Assembly: GCA_951406725.2 (NCBI GenBank)
Contig: OX597825.1
Location: 42,718,001 to 42,782,000 of the forward strand
Length of the DNA: 64,000 nt
Source: Octopus vulgaris
Lineage: Eukaryota
Reading direction: 5' to 3'
Of the stretch, positions 36,620-53,324 are shown piece by piece; positions within the stretch are counted from its first letter, which is position 1, and each line of letters opens with the position of its first letter. The notes below the pieces were generated by a model. It was not told the origin of the DNA. It saw only the letters and a program-made list of their open reading frames with translations, and did not search any database. The position numbers and the translations under genes were made by a program.

Positions 36620-38870
36620 CACATGAAATGTTCCAGCCACTGCATCTATTTTTGACACCCTAATATAGTTGGTATATCTAAGATCTCAGGTATTGCATCC
36701 AGGTTCTTTAAAATTGTTCCAGGTACACTGGTAACAAAAGGGACAATTTTGACTATTACTTGATGTGTTTTCCTTTCTTGGCTGACCAAAGTCTGGTATT
36801 TGTCTACCTTCACTCTCATGGAACAGCTACGTCTACCATGACACATTCATGTGTGTCTTTGTGCACAATTGTGACGTCAGGGCAATAATACTCCACACAT
36901 CTGTTTGTGAAGATGGTTATGTCCCATATGATCTTCACTCACTCATTCTTAACCAAGGCTTGTGGAATGTGGTCATACCACTTATCTGTGCATGGAAGAT
37001 CATATTTCTTGCAAAGTCCCTATACACCCTAAGAGTGACCTTGTATTGTTGAGGTTTGACTCTTTTTGTACTACTTGTGAGCAGCCACTGATAATGTGAC
37101 ATACACTTTCAATCTTTTGCCCACACTTTCTGCACAATGGTAACTCTGATGTTTGGTTGATATAGTACTCAACAGAATTTGTTCTCAAGGCCTGCTCTTG
37201 AGAAGCAAAGATTATCCCTTCAGTCTTTTTCTTCAGACACCCATTCCACAACCATCTCCATGACTCCAGTCTAGCAGCCAGTTTCTGTGTCTCTTGTGAA
37301 AACTCTCCCTGCAATGATGCTTCTTCCAATAATGCTACCTTCTCTTCATACACCCTTTTATTAAAATCAGCCAGAGATTCTATCTCTGTTACCACCTTCT
37401 CATTCAGTGCTGCCTCCAGTATCTAAGTGCAACAAGACTGTAAACACTCATGCACTCAGATCTTACATATTCCTCCACACCATCAAACATCTTCCACCTG
37501 GGAATGAAAGCACTTGTTCATGGTCATTATCCTTCTTGTTCTTCAATCTAAGCCAGTCAATCCCTTCTCCCATTCCACAATGCCTTCCTAACACCTTACA
37601 AGCCACACTGCCCAGGCAGTATTGGCTTCAGTCAAGCTACTGCCATTCAGATTAGATCTACAATCCGAATGTACCCTTCTCTTATCATCTTTCTTTTTGC
37701 GTTGAGATATTGTTTTAGCTGGTGTATTCCCAAATACTTATACCCACCACAGTCCACTATCTTTATAGATGCTCTATCAGGGAGTTCAATACCATTGCTG
37801 TTCCTACCTCTCTAGGCATTCTAATATTTTGAGTGAAAATTCTGCCAGTTTAGATAAGGGAATCTAGTTGGTCTTTACTAGTGGCATAGAGTTTAAGGTT
37901 TCTCATATAAAGAAGGTGAATGATGGGCCTAACTTGATCTTTGGTGAGTTTGTCACTCATGTTTGATTTTCACAACACCTAAGCCAGTGGTATCATGATA
38001 ATGATGAACAGCAATATGGATACAGCATTGCCCTAAAATATGCCCCTACTTATTTCTACTTCCCCTAGTCCTTGTTCTCCCACTGTTAAAACAGTTATCC
38101 TCCTACTCATGCTTAACAATTGATACATTGTTTAGTCTAGCATCAAATATATTTATACTCTTCAGGATCAATGAGTGTGGAACCGTATTGTATACCTTGC
38201 TTTAGTCTACACAAGTCACAGATAGGTCTAATGGCAATTATTCAGAGTTGCTTTATCGATTAATAGCTAATCTTTCCATAGAGGTGCTTATAAATCTTAT
38301 TTATGATGCCAGTCAGCATTTCCACATCATAGGCATGCAAGCAATACGTCTAAAATTACATACTTCAGGAACCTTTTGTGGATCCTTCATCACCAGAACT
38401 GTTGTAACCTTAACCATCCAGTCTGGCACATTACCATGGTTGAGATAATCTTGAAGATGTTGTTGCACCAATCCATGTAAGCCTTTCAGCTTTTTGAATC
38501 AGAACTCCTGAACAAAGTCTAGTCCAGCAGCTTTCTTTTTAGCCATCTTCCTTGTCACCTCTTTCACATCTTCTAAAGAGATGACTACTTCTCTTGCATG
38601 GATGTCTCACTCAGTTCTCTTTCTACCACTGGCAACCAAGACACACCTTACAGTGTTTGATCCTTTCTGACCAAACTTTTCTCCAGAATCGAGTTGATTC
38701 TTCTGGGTTGAATATTTCAGTTTGATTATGACTCTTGCCATCCAGTTGACTGCAAAGCAACTTCTGTCTGGTGTTGAAAAGTTGTTGCCCTGAAATTCGA
38801 GAATGTATTTATCATGCCTTTTGATCTTGGCTCCCACTACTCTAATCTTGTGTTTCAGTATATCACTAAC
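36620..38870 (-). mobile_element. R4/Dong-clade (REL endonuclease) LINE, decayed
   Basis: KTEGIIFASQEQALRT...CRKCGQKIESVCHIISGC zinc knuckle; decayed RT motifs (GIF*G..SILLFII, HLLYMRNLKLY). Confidence 0.8.
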
Positions 38871-39259
38871 ATAACAATTTCCCTAATTATTATTGTTATT
38901 GTTATTTGTGATGAACCTATGTCATGTCAGCTCACAGATAAATTTTGTGGAAAGATTTACTTTACTGTTGGGGAATTTTTGTTAAAACTTTGAATAAGGG
39001 CCCCTGCATCATGGTGAGAAAATCAGGATTAATTTGTGCTCAAGAGAGCATATTATTTTGTAAAATTTTATTTGCACTCATTGGTTTGTTTCTTTGTTGG
39101 AATTCAGGTATCAGTAATGCTTTCTATCAGATTAAGTGATGAGGTATCAAGAAAAAATTACTCATACTACTACCAACTTCATTAGAGAATATTCCGCCTT
39201 CCCTTCATCCTAATACGACATCCACACAGTGTGTAAGAAGCTATATGAAGCAGTGCAGG

Positions 39260-39500
39260 CACAGAACAACAGCAACAACAACAGTGACATCAATGGTAAC
39301 AAGCAACATTTTTAGCAACAAGAACATCAACACAAGCAAAAATGGCACCTATTGCAACAACAGCAATAACAATAACATCAGCAACATCAATAACAGGAAC
39401 AACGACAACAGCAACAACTACAGTAACATAACAACAACAGCACCGTCTGCAACAATAATAGCTGTGACAGTAGCAACAATGATAGCAGCAGTGACAATAC
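39260..39500. repeat. Degenerate (AAC/AGC)n trinucleotide low-complexity tract
   Basis: Direct reading. Confidence 0.8.
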
Positions 39501-39999
39501 ATAGTCTTTTATTAGAACCACGTTATCCTTATATTAAAACCACTTTATTGGGGAGAACCACCTTATCCTGAAGACATATGAATTTGTCTAAATTTTATGA
39601 CTATTTTTCTGATATATTTTTCTTCAATTCTCAATTTATAAATCATTTTTCTTGCTGAAATCGTTTTAGTATTACTATGTACATATACTAATATTATTAA
39701 TTAGTTTTATTTAGCCTTAATTCATTTATAATATTTATACTATTTTACTTTACCATTGACTTGTAATATTTCAGAAATTTTATTAATTTTGAAAAGTCAA
39801 AGCCCTCTTTCACTCAGCATTAAATGTTTATTTGACGAGTAACCAATGTATTATTAGTACACAATTTATAAATATTCATAAACCATTGTTGCCTTCTATC
39901 TGATAAGTTATGTGAACCTTCCACTAAGTGTATATTTATGTCTAAGTTTTCAGTATATTTCTTTCTTTATGTCAATTAAAAACCTTTATTTCTTTCAGA

Positions 40000-41090
40000 T
40001 ATCCCATGGCAAATAAAATGTTAACACAAGAAATGCTAAGGTATACAGTTCATAAATGTCAAGTTTCTAAACATTGGAAAATCTCTTTTTCAACAAAGTT
40101 TGGATGGATTTAAACTAAAAACCTTTGGTGGAAATATTTCAGCTTTGTCATAAATATGAAAAACATAAGCATTCTAAACATTCAAACACTATAAGAACAC
40201 TGCAATTCATCTAACAGGTTCAAAGCATCCTGGAAAAATCATTGAGAGGCAATACCAAAGAAATTCAGGTGCTGGAATGGGCACTCAGAACTGTGGTACA
40301 TAAGTACATTTGATACAAGTGGTATGTACAGCAGAGAGGCCAATTCATGTCTTTAAAGACACAGGAAAACCGTTTGATCTGTGCTAAGTTGTTACTTACC
40401 TAAGTTAAAACCCTTGCAAACATGGAATACTTTGATTATTCTCTGATGAAGAAACTTTTCTTACAGGAGAAATGGCAAATGTTTATATGCAGATCCTTCT
40501 TTTATCCAAACAGCATTCTACACTAAATTTCCAGCAACTGTCATCATTTTAGAAATGGTGGGTAACAAAGGTCCTGTCATGTCACCCCACATCTCTCCAC
40601 ATGGTCTTAAAATTAATGCTGCTGGATAATTCGAGGTGATAAAGACAGTTGCTAAGCCCTAGATGGAGGCAGTATAAAGTAGAAGGCTATATATGTTTCA
40701 GCAAGACTTGAATAGTTATCAGGCAATCTTTACGATTATATCATATAACACCAAATATGTGGTCTCCAAACTTGCCAGATTTAAATCACATGGAATACCA
40801 TGTTTGGAGCGTTGTTGAAATTGAGACTAATCAACATCTTCACAATAACCTTGTTTTACTGAAGGTCTCCAGAAAATATCTAAAATTAATAAGAATCATT
40901 TAGTGCAAGCATTTCACAATTCTGGCTCCACATTGAAGCATTGAAGCTGAAGGCAGATTCATATGAGAGTTTTATAGAACTTATTGAGAACATTTGCACA
41001 AATCATTACTAAAGTATTCTTTCCGTCTTACTAGATTAGAGCTGTTTTAAATTATCAAATATATCCTCAAATACCTGTCACATCCTGACT
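40000..41090 (+). mobile_element. Decayed Tc1/mariner-superfamily (maT-like) transposon
   Basis: Patches FSDEETF, YMFQQD and WSPNLPDLNHMEYHVW (cf. WPPNSPDLNPMDY.VW). Confidence 0.6.
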
Positions 41091-41421
41091 GATTAATGTA
41101 ATTTTTAAATATATTAAAGGCTGTTTTATGCATGTGTGCATGTATGTATGTATGGAGAAGGTAACTCAGGTAACTAGGATAACTCTGACATAAAACCTGC
41201 AGCTCAGTGGTTACCGATGATATTGACTTGTTCTTCTTTTCGGATTATGGCTGCTGTTGCTTAGTGAGTGGGATTGACTCAGTGCACAGCCTTTCCTCAC
41301 TTTAAATAAAATCTTCTTGCACAGGCATTGCACGATAACAACGTTGATTAAGCTTCGTGCAATGGCCATACTCGATAACGAGGGGGCAGCCACCATGTAT
41401 GTATGTATGTATGTATGTATG

Positions 41422-41467
<46 letters not shown>

Positions 41468-41494
41468 ATGCAAATGACCATTCTGAAATATAAC

Positions 41495-42846
<1,352 letters not shown>

Positions 42847-42849
42847 TAT

Positions 42850-43065
42850 TTGTTGTGCAAGATTTTTTTTTTTTTTATGTGAAGTCGTGTGTTGAAACAG
42901 ATATTGTTATATTTCGGAATAGTCATATTGCCAGTTTAGCCAATAAAAACACACGCACTATAAATAAATATCACTGAAGCAAAATACACCAAATATATAG
43001 TGCATGTGTTTTTATTGGCTAAACTGGCAATATGACCATTCCGAAATATAACAATATATATATAT

Positions 43066-43131
<66 letters not shown>

Positions 43132-43378
43132 ATTAGGGCTTAGTAAAATAAATTACTTTGCCACATACTGAACTTAGTAGAAATAGCAGCCAAAAAAAAA
43201 AATTTTCTTAGCATTTCTATTACTTAAAGAAAATTTCATATTGCCAGTTTAGCCAATAAAAACACACGCACTATAAATAAATATCACTGAAGCAAAATAC
43301 ACCAAATATATAGTGCATGTGTTTTTATTGGCTAAACTGGCAATATGACCATTCCGAAATATAACAATATATATATAT

Positions 43379-43440
<62 letters not shown>

Positions 43441-43546
43441 ATTAGGGCTTAGTAAAATAAATTACTTTGCCACATACTGAACTTAGTAGAAATAGCAGCC
43501 AAAAAAAAAAATTTTCTTAGCATTTCTATTACTTAAAAGAAAATTT
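42850..43546. repeat. Fold-back element (arms 42901-42962 / ~42996-43057) with HHR 3' half, plus ~313-bp tandem duplication (42924-43236 / 43237-43546)
   Basis: Arms and duplication read directly; GAAA-cagatattg-TT at 42894-42908 fits HHR stem III plus a cleavage triplet. Confidence 0.7.
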
Positions 43547-43625
43547 CTCTCAGATAATGTTTACTCCAGACAGCCCACGAAGGTTTGGAGGTAAATACAG
43601 AAAATTATCACAAGTACATAGATCG

Positions 43626-43688
43626 TTTGAGTACGTCAACGTTTCAAGATTAGCCAAATAAAATCAGCATTTCTATCGTCAGCTCAAA
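43626..43688 (-). ncRNA. Type I hammerhead ribozyme motif (inverted copy)
   Basis: Reverse complement of 44068-44130. Confidence 0.8.
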
Positions 43689-44067
43689 ATTTCTTAATTT
43701 GGATTTGGAAACACTAAAAGAAGGAACTTTACCTATCAGCGAACTTATCGCTTCAGATGAACCACTCCAACTAAACAGTGTCAACAAATTCAAAATGCGC
43801 AGGCGTAAATTTCTTCAATTAATTAATTAATTTTACCCTCAATTGTTGATATAATTAATTTCTCTCGGTCATACTGCCTCGGTTCTCGCGGTTAAAATAT
43901 AGTGTTTGCTAGATAGACCACGTGGGTGGAAGGAGATTGAAGAAATTTACGCCTGCGCATTTTGAATTTGTTGACACTGTTTAGTTGGAGTGGTTCATCT
44001 GAAGCGATAAGTTCGCTGATAGGTAAAGTTCCTTCTTTTTAGTGTTTCCAAATCCAAATTAAGAAAT

Positions 44068-44130
44068 TTTGAGCTGACGATAGAAATGCTGATTTTATTT
44101 GGCTAATCTTGAAACGTTGACGTACTCAAA
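44068..44130 (+). ncRNA. Type I hammerhead ribozyme motif
   Basis: Stem I tttgag/ctcaaa, CTGACGA, stem II (t)aga/tct(t), GAAA, stem III acgt-tg-acgt, GTA. Confidence 0.82.
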
Positions 44131-44397
44131 CGATCTATGTACTTGTGATAATTTTCTGTATTTACCTCCAAACCTTCGTGGGCTGTCTGGATTAAACATT
44201 ATCTGAGAGAAATTTTCTTTAAGTAGTAGAAATGCTAAGAAAATTCTTTTTTTTTGGGCTGCTATTTCTACTAAGTTTAATTTATTTTACTAAGCCCTAA
44301 TTATATAATGTAAAATTTTGAATTCGCCTTAAATGGTCCTTTTACATACTGAACACTTGGTGAAATTGATTAATTAATTAATTTTACCCTCAATTGT

Positions 44398-46190
<1,793 letters not shown>

Positions 46191-47718
46191 CGGTAAAATT
46201 ACTACCTGCTTTCATAGCAAGTCGCTGCAGGTAGTTTATCCCATCCCATTCTGAAAGAAGGCAAATAAGTAACGGGGGTGGAGAGAAAAAGAGACAACTA
46301 ACAGTGGATAATTCTAGAACTCCCAGAATAAAAACGTAAAACACCTGAAATACTTTTCCTCTATTCATTATTAAATGTCTTGCCTTCTTCTTCATTGCAA
46401 AAAGTTAAGATCGAGCGTACTTCAGTCTAATCATTTCGTTTCTCTGTATCTATCACTTAATTCCGTTTCTCTACGGTTAAGGGAGTGAAAGTGCGTAGCT
46501 CAGTGGTTAGAGATATTCGACCCACGATCGTAAAGTCATGAGTACGCTTCCCTATGGCGCACTGTTAATGATATACATGTATGTGGAGGACTAAACCACT
46601 TGCGAGTTAATTTTATTCTAGTATGGTAATGAAAAGTGAAAGTGACATATAATGTTTACTGTGTCTATGTATCTATGTATCAACTTTTCTTTGGATTTAT
46701 GTATCTATTGTCTCTCACTTTCTCTCTTTCTTTTTCACTTCCCCTGTGTCCCTCCTTTCTCCTGCTTTTAATTTAACAATGTGTGTATGTATCTATGTAT
46801 CTACTTTTCTTGCGATGTTATAAACATTTAAAAACACAAAACGAATGTCATCACCACTCACTGTGTCTTTCACTCACTCTCTTTCTCTCTCTGAAAACAT
46901 TAATAACACAAAAGGAACGCCGTCACCACTTACTGTCTCTTTCACTCTCTCTTTCTCTCTCACTCTCTCTCTCTCTGTCCTCCTCTCTCTCGCTTTGTCA
47001 CTCACTTCTTTGAAGTAAGTGTGACACACATGACAGGTACGTACAAAAAGAACAAATTGGCATATTAATATTATTGATGATATAAATATATATATATGCC
47101 TCTGTGAGTACGTATGTATGTGTGTATGTATGTAGATAGTTACATGTATATATACATATGTGAATATATGACACGTTAACAAAATATTTGGACTTGATAA
47201 TCACTATCAGCCTCACTTCTACATTCCTTGTGGAGTGAAACCAACCAGTATATCACGCTACAGGTTAGCGTGTGGAGTTTGAGCCGCAATATCTGTATAT
47301 ATAGAAAAGGCAGGATGTGTGTGTGTGTGTGTGTGTACGTGAATGTAATTTATGCACGTCCAAAAGTTAGCACGTATGTCGCTCTAATTTTAGAAGGACA
47401 TTCATCACGACTCTAGCTGTATTTTCGTCAAATTATTTCCCCCAAGGCACCAGTGAATAGCAGTAAAAATAGATTTTCAACCCATAACTTAATAATTTTC
47501 ACGGCGGAGAAATCACCATTGTTTACAAACATGAGTTAAGTCCCCTTCCAGCAAGGCGTAAGGTTTTGTGAAGAGATTCGTTTTTGTTTCATCGAGGAAA
47601 AAAGTGTTTTGACGATATACGGGTAACATACACACACACACACACACACACATGAACATGTATGCGTACAAATAACATGTATGCAATAGGTTTACGAATG
47701 TGTGTATGTGTGTGTTGC

Positions 47719-47756
<38 letters not shown>

Positions 47757-47851
47757 TTATATAAATAAGGACAAAATCTTTATTCAAAATACCGATCTTA
47801 TCAGGTGGCCAGCATGGGAATAAAAACCTCAGAGGTAATAATTATTATTAA

Positions 47852-48102
47852 AATTATAATTAAAGGTATCTAAGAGATACCACCATGCTAGAAATAGCAG
47901 CCGAAACTTGACTCTAAAACCACATCAAATGTTCATACAGCACCACAAGAGAAGACAAAGAGATAATTTTTTGCTAGTTTATTTTGTCTCTTTGTCTTCT
48001 TTCCTGGAGCTGTATGAACATTTAATGTGGTTTTAGAGTCAAGTTTCGGCTGTTATTTCTAGCATGGTGGTAACTCTTAGATACCCTACCTTAATTATAA
48101 TT
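47852..48102. repeat. Imperfect ~250-bp fold-back palindrome
   Basis: aattataattaa..ggtatctaagag..ccaccatgctagaaatagcagccgaaacttgactctaaaaccacat and its reverse complement; shares the ggctg(c/t)tatttcta motif with the HHR units. Confidence 0.8.
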
Positions 48103-48164
48103 ATATATGTATATACACATATATACATATATATACATATACATGTATGTATGTATGTATGTAT

Positions 48165-48839
48165 GTATGTATACTTAAGACTTAGTTGTGATCTGAACAA
48201 AACCGCTTCTCTCACAGAGTATTGGGAGCCCTTTTGGGCGTTCTATTTTCCTTGCAGGAAAGATTCCCAACACATAGGCAAAAGGGTGGTTAGATGATGG
48301 GGATGGCGTTTTCAAACGGGGTGGCATGTGCAACCTTATCACCTCTGCCGATCAAACTCGCAACCCATGCGCTCCCGCCGTGACACTGATTCTGCAGAAC
48401 TGGTTTGGGTGTGAATACCAACTTTAAAGTATAAATATAGATATTTTTGAATCAGCAATGTCGTGTTCGGTTAAGTCTTATTTGGGGTGAAAAATCAATA
48501 AACTGATTCCTTATAGGATTTCCCACTAAAATTGGCTACACCCCATTTTCAATCATAATGTTTACTAATTTTGATGTATTTTGTTCAAACTTGATGCCAG
48601 TATTACTTAGGATTCATGGGATCTTTGAATGCGTTAAGTTCCACAAAAAGGAAAAAAAAAAAAAAATAATTGATGAGTGGGAAAAAATGGATAAACCGAT
48701 TCCTTGTGGGATTTCCCAATCAAATTGTCTGCAACACTTTTTCAGCCAAAAATTTAACGTCGATGTTACTTAGTTCGGTTTGAAATAAAGAGCTTGATTA
48801 GCTTAATAATCCAAACGTAATCCCGGGCTATACAGCTAG
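48165..48839 (+). mobile_element. Probable non-autonomous Helitron
   Basis: Ends ...cccgggctatacagCTAG|T; 5' end obscured by microsatellite. Confidence 0.45.
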
Positions 48840-49049
48840 TATAGTTATAAGTAGAAAACATAATTAATTATTTTTAAGCCTTATATGATATCCGCACTTT
48901 TCCATAAACTAATTTGCTTGCATCCTCTGTGTCATGGCAACAAAAAATACTGAGGAAGTATGTCCAGTTAGCTTACTGAAACACTTGTATATTATATATG
49001 CTTTTAAAATGGCAATTACGTTTACCCATTTACCTCCTTTTACTATATA

Positions 49050-51425
49050 CTAGCAGAATTGCCCGGCGTTGCTCGGGGCTGAATTGCTTGAAAGTACTGT
49101 TAATGATTGCACTGAATTATGATGATTATTCAGGCAAATATTGATATAAGTTTACGGCGAATGAATGTATATGTAAGTGTATAGAAAGCCGTGTAAAGGG
49201 GTTCCTACCCCCTCGTAGAATGGTGTAAGAATTGTATGCGAGGTTGCCTTGAAAAGAGTCATGTTATTGTTCTCATAATTGTAAGAATTTGATAGCCGTG
49301 GAAGTCGATGTAAAACGTTCGCAGGTGAATAGGGTCTCTTCGTTTTCCACGAACGGCAGCGGATGTGCTGTTACAAAACTTGATGCTGTGTTAAAAGAGA
49401 GTGGGTTTCATATGTAGGCAAGAGGGGAATGAAGCATGGGTAAGTAAATATGGGTAAATTATAAAATATAGAACAATAGCATCTACTCACCATATGTCAG
49501 ACCGGCAAGACTGTAGTGGTGCTGATTAGATGAATCACAACACATTGGTGGAGATGTTTTCATTGATGGGCGTTATGATTAAATTTGTTGTTGTATAAAA
49601 TGATCTGTTGCTTAGTTTCCAAAGTGTATGTTGCGATCGTGTTGTCGCTTATGTAAACTTTAACAGTGAGAGTGTAGATGTAGGTGGTAGATGTGTCATG
49701 TACGTTGGATATAGAAGATGGGGCTGGTGGCTTGATGATGAATGGATAGAAATAGAGTTGAGCGAAGGACAGGTGTTGGTTAAGTGTGAATTAATGTCAT
49801 GAAACGCCTAAAAATGTAAATGCCATCATAAAAGAGAGTCGTATGTAAGTGAAATACTAACGTGTTCAAAAATGATGAAACGTAGTAATCCTATAAAACC
49901 TCCTTGTTCACAATGTTTTTTGTTTTTCGTTGTGGAACGAATGCGAAAGCATCACTGTTGCTGCCGACACGCGAGCAGCCAGCATAAAGCTGACCATGAG
50001 AGGAACATGGCTCTCCCAAATGTATTCCCGCCACAGACAGTGTTTGACCCTGCGCTTTGTTAATTGACATTGCGAAACATGGCCTTACTGGGAACTGGGA
50101 CCTCCGAAATATGAAAGGTAGGACTGGTCCTGATGGGAAAAGATGCATCCTAGGTATGAGCACAACGTTGCCTCGACCGCACCCTGTGATAATGGTGGCC
50201 TCAATCAGATTGGGAGATAAGGACTTAACGATCAAACGTGTGCCATTGCATTGTTTTGGGGGAACCAAATTTCTAATGAGCATTATAGGGGCACCAACTT
50301 TAAGTTTGAGAATGTGTGATGGTAGTCCGGGGTGCTCGGGAACACTGCATCTCTGAGATCAGAAGGCGTTTTAACAATGGTACAAATGGAATCGATGGCA
50401 ATATTACCATTTTCATCCCCTGGTATTTTGCCTTCGCCAAGTGCAAGGAGGGTGTGAGAAAATGCTGCTGATGTGATATCACGTCGCATATGAGCAAGCA
50501 TATTGGTGTGAAGTTTGAGAGTCTTCACCAGTGGCCACAATGTGGATGACTTAAGACACGCACTTACTGCATCAGCTCTCGTCCCTTTGGGAATAACGGG
50601 AAGTGTTTGTCGGAAGTCCCCTGAAAGAAGAAGTGTTATGCCTCCCATGGGAGCTGAAGAGTGTTTGATGTCTCTGAGAGATCTATCTAGTGCCTCAAGA
50701 GCACGTCTGTGGGCCATCGTGCATTCATCCCAAACGATAAGCTTGCATCGTCTGAAGACTTCTGCCTGATCGGAGCTGTTACTGCTGTTGCAAGTTGGTG
50801 TCTCAGTCTTCGCTAAGTCAAGCGGAAGCTTGAAAGTGGAGTGAGCTGTCCTGCCGCCTGGCAACAAAGTAGCCGCAATTCTAGATGATGCCACAGCTAG
50901 GGCAATGCTTTGTGTTCGCCTAATCTCAGCCAATATTAATTTGTTGACAAAAGTTTTCCCAGTGCCCCTAGGAGCGTCCAGGAAAAAAATCTTCCCAAAG
51001 GCATTTTAAGAAAAATGCTTCCGTAAAGACGGTGAAAATATTGTCAATGTCCCCAAACAGGGACACAATTCAATTTTTAAACAATAACCTCCGAAAGGGG
51101 GAGGGTTACCGTTTACAATTATTTAACAAATGCAACACAACAACGTTTCCCTGGCGAGGAACCAACAAACGTGATTACAATAGTCAAACAGTAATAATAA
51201 TAACAACAAACCTTTTTAATTTATCCCCATTTATGTGAAACCACTTATTCAAGTTCAAGTCATTGATGCAATTTTATACGAATTGTTAACACACACACAT
51301 AATAAGGTTGAAAAATTGAATATTAATTTGATTAATATGAATTGAAAACCAGTGGCGTAGCATATAAGACCATAGCGGATCTTCCTCTAGCAAAAACGAT
51401 GACCACTATTAATGGCTCATCTCTG

Positions 51426-51510
<85 letters not shown>

Positions 51511-52147
51511 CACACTCACACACACACACACGCGCACACACACAAACACACACACACCTTAGCATACAATTTTCTTTCAACAATTGACACTGTCATATAT
51601 GTATATGTTTGCGTGTCTATGTGTGTAAAGAGAAAGTGGGAGTAATAGGCGGAGTGAAGCCTTTGAAATGAGAGAGGGAAATCGTAAAATATTGAGTTTT
51701 CTCGAATTATTGCTTACTTGGGGGTCAAATTGAAAGAAATTTATATGCGATGACCGAATGGAATGTACTTGAAAAAATCATAGGTAAACTCTAATTGAAG
51801 AAATTGTGTGAGGAGTAAATCGTTATGTATTTATTTGTTTCTGTTTGCTCTGTATTTTTTTTTAGTAGTGGTTTAAGGTACACTTGCAAAGAGAAAGTAG
51901 GAGTAATTATGGTAATAGCATGAGTGAAGCAGTTGAAATTAGAGAGGGAAATCGTAAAATATTTACTTTTCTCGAATTTTTGCTTAATTGGGGGTCAAAT
52001 AGAAAAAACTTTACATGCCATGACCCAATGGAATCTACTTGTAAAAATCGTAGGTAAATTCCAATTGAAAAAAATTCTATATTGTACAATTATATAAAAA
52101 ACGAACGGTTTGGGAGGAAGAGAAAATCTGCCTTTTATCATAAGAGA
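49050..52147 (-). mobile_element. Chimeric Helitron: 3' 1.9 kb matches the 6848-10580 family, joined to a different 5' portion
   Basis: CTAG|T 3' end at 49050 with the same hairpin; homology to 8440-10580 over 49050-50990; A|TCTCTTATGATAAAAGG 5' end at 52147. Confidence 0.75.
49891..50990 (-). pseudogene. Helitron PIF1-like helicase fragment with ~200-bp internal deletion
   Basis: Near-identical peptides to 8440-9741 (IVWDE, GDFRQ, FAMSINKAQGQT). Confidence 0.9.
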
Positions 52148-52296
52148 TATAGTCAAAGAAGAGGCCACAGAACGTGTGATGAAACAACTCTGACGAATAA
52201 ATAGTAATAATAATAAATCTAAAGTGAAGATCAAATAAATAATGCATATGTTTAACTAGCAAAAGCTAACCATCCCCAAGTACAAGAATATAAATA

Positions 52297-52338
<42 letters not shown>

Positions 52339-53016
52339 ATCACATATACAATCACATATATAATCCTGTCAATAGTCTATTATATGTCCATTAATATATT
52401 TCTGTTAAGAGAACTGCTGATAAATTTGTGATATATACTTTGTGCGCCACTGGGTCAATCTTTAAGAAACCTCAGAATCATATATCTCTTCAAGAAACTT
52501 ACATTATTATTTTTGTCTTCAGTCTGTTTTTTTATCCTTTTCTTTCATTGACATTTCTCCTATATTTATTATCTTTAGTGCTTTATGTTTTATACTTATT
52601 GTTAGTGAACTTTTCTATGTTTTATACAGAAGGCACACCAATGTTGTATTAATCTGAGTTTGATTTATAAGAATTATCAATTTCTGAAAAATGATGAGAG
52701 ATTTTTCCTATATTTAATATGAGTTTTATTAGTGGCATCATTTCAATATATTTTACTTTTATGATTGTATCGATACTTATATGAATTTATAATAATTGTC
52801 AATAGAAGAAAAAAAAACACTCGTAAATTAAAGGATAAATTTAAAGAAAATAATATTTTCTCTTTTGAAAGTTCATAATTATATCGTTTTCAATTAGTTT
52901 TCATTCGTTTTAAAATAATTACTCATAGTTATTATCAAAAAAATCATATATATTGATAAACACATGTACATATATATATGTTTAAATATATGAATATGCA
53001 TACAACCCCCTCTTTT

Positions 53017-53053
<37 letters not shown>

Positions 53054-53095
53054 AGATATATATATATATATATCAGATATATATATACATATATC

Positions 53096-53226
<131 letters not shown>

Positions 53227-53324
53227 TATTCTTAAGGTGTGTTATGAGAATTTATAGAACAAGTATCCTATAGAAACTCAACAAACTCTTAAAGATGGAG
53301 AAAAGATGTTAAAAATTTTATGTT

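Noticed and set aside
39245-39571. Asn/Thr-rich 108-aa ORF as a host exon
   Set aside because: Explained by a degenerate trinucleotide repeat; no convincing splice context or domain.
41155-41396. GC-richer island with ccgatga and hairpins as another HHR
   Set aside because: No properly placed GAAA, stem III or stem I; probably a fragment of another repeat, identity unknown.
46490-46562. tRNA gene (tagctcagtggttagag...)
   Set aside because: A-box only with decayed B-box and no clean cloverleaf; more likely a decayed SINE head.
47887-48040. GCTAGAAATAGCA and GTTTTAGAG resembling the Cas9 sgRNA scaffold
   Set aside because: Short chance matches in the wrong order, inside a eukaryotic fold-back repeat; no cas genes or array.
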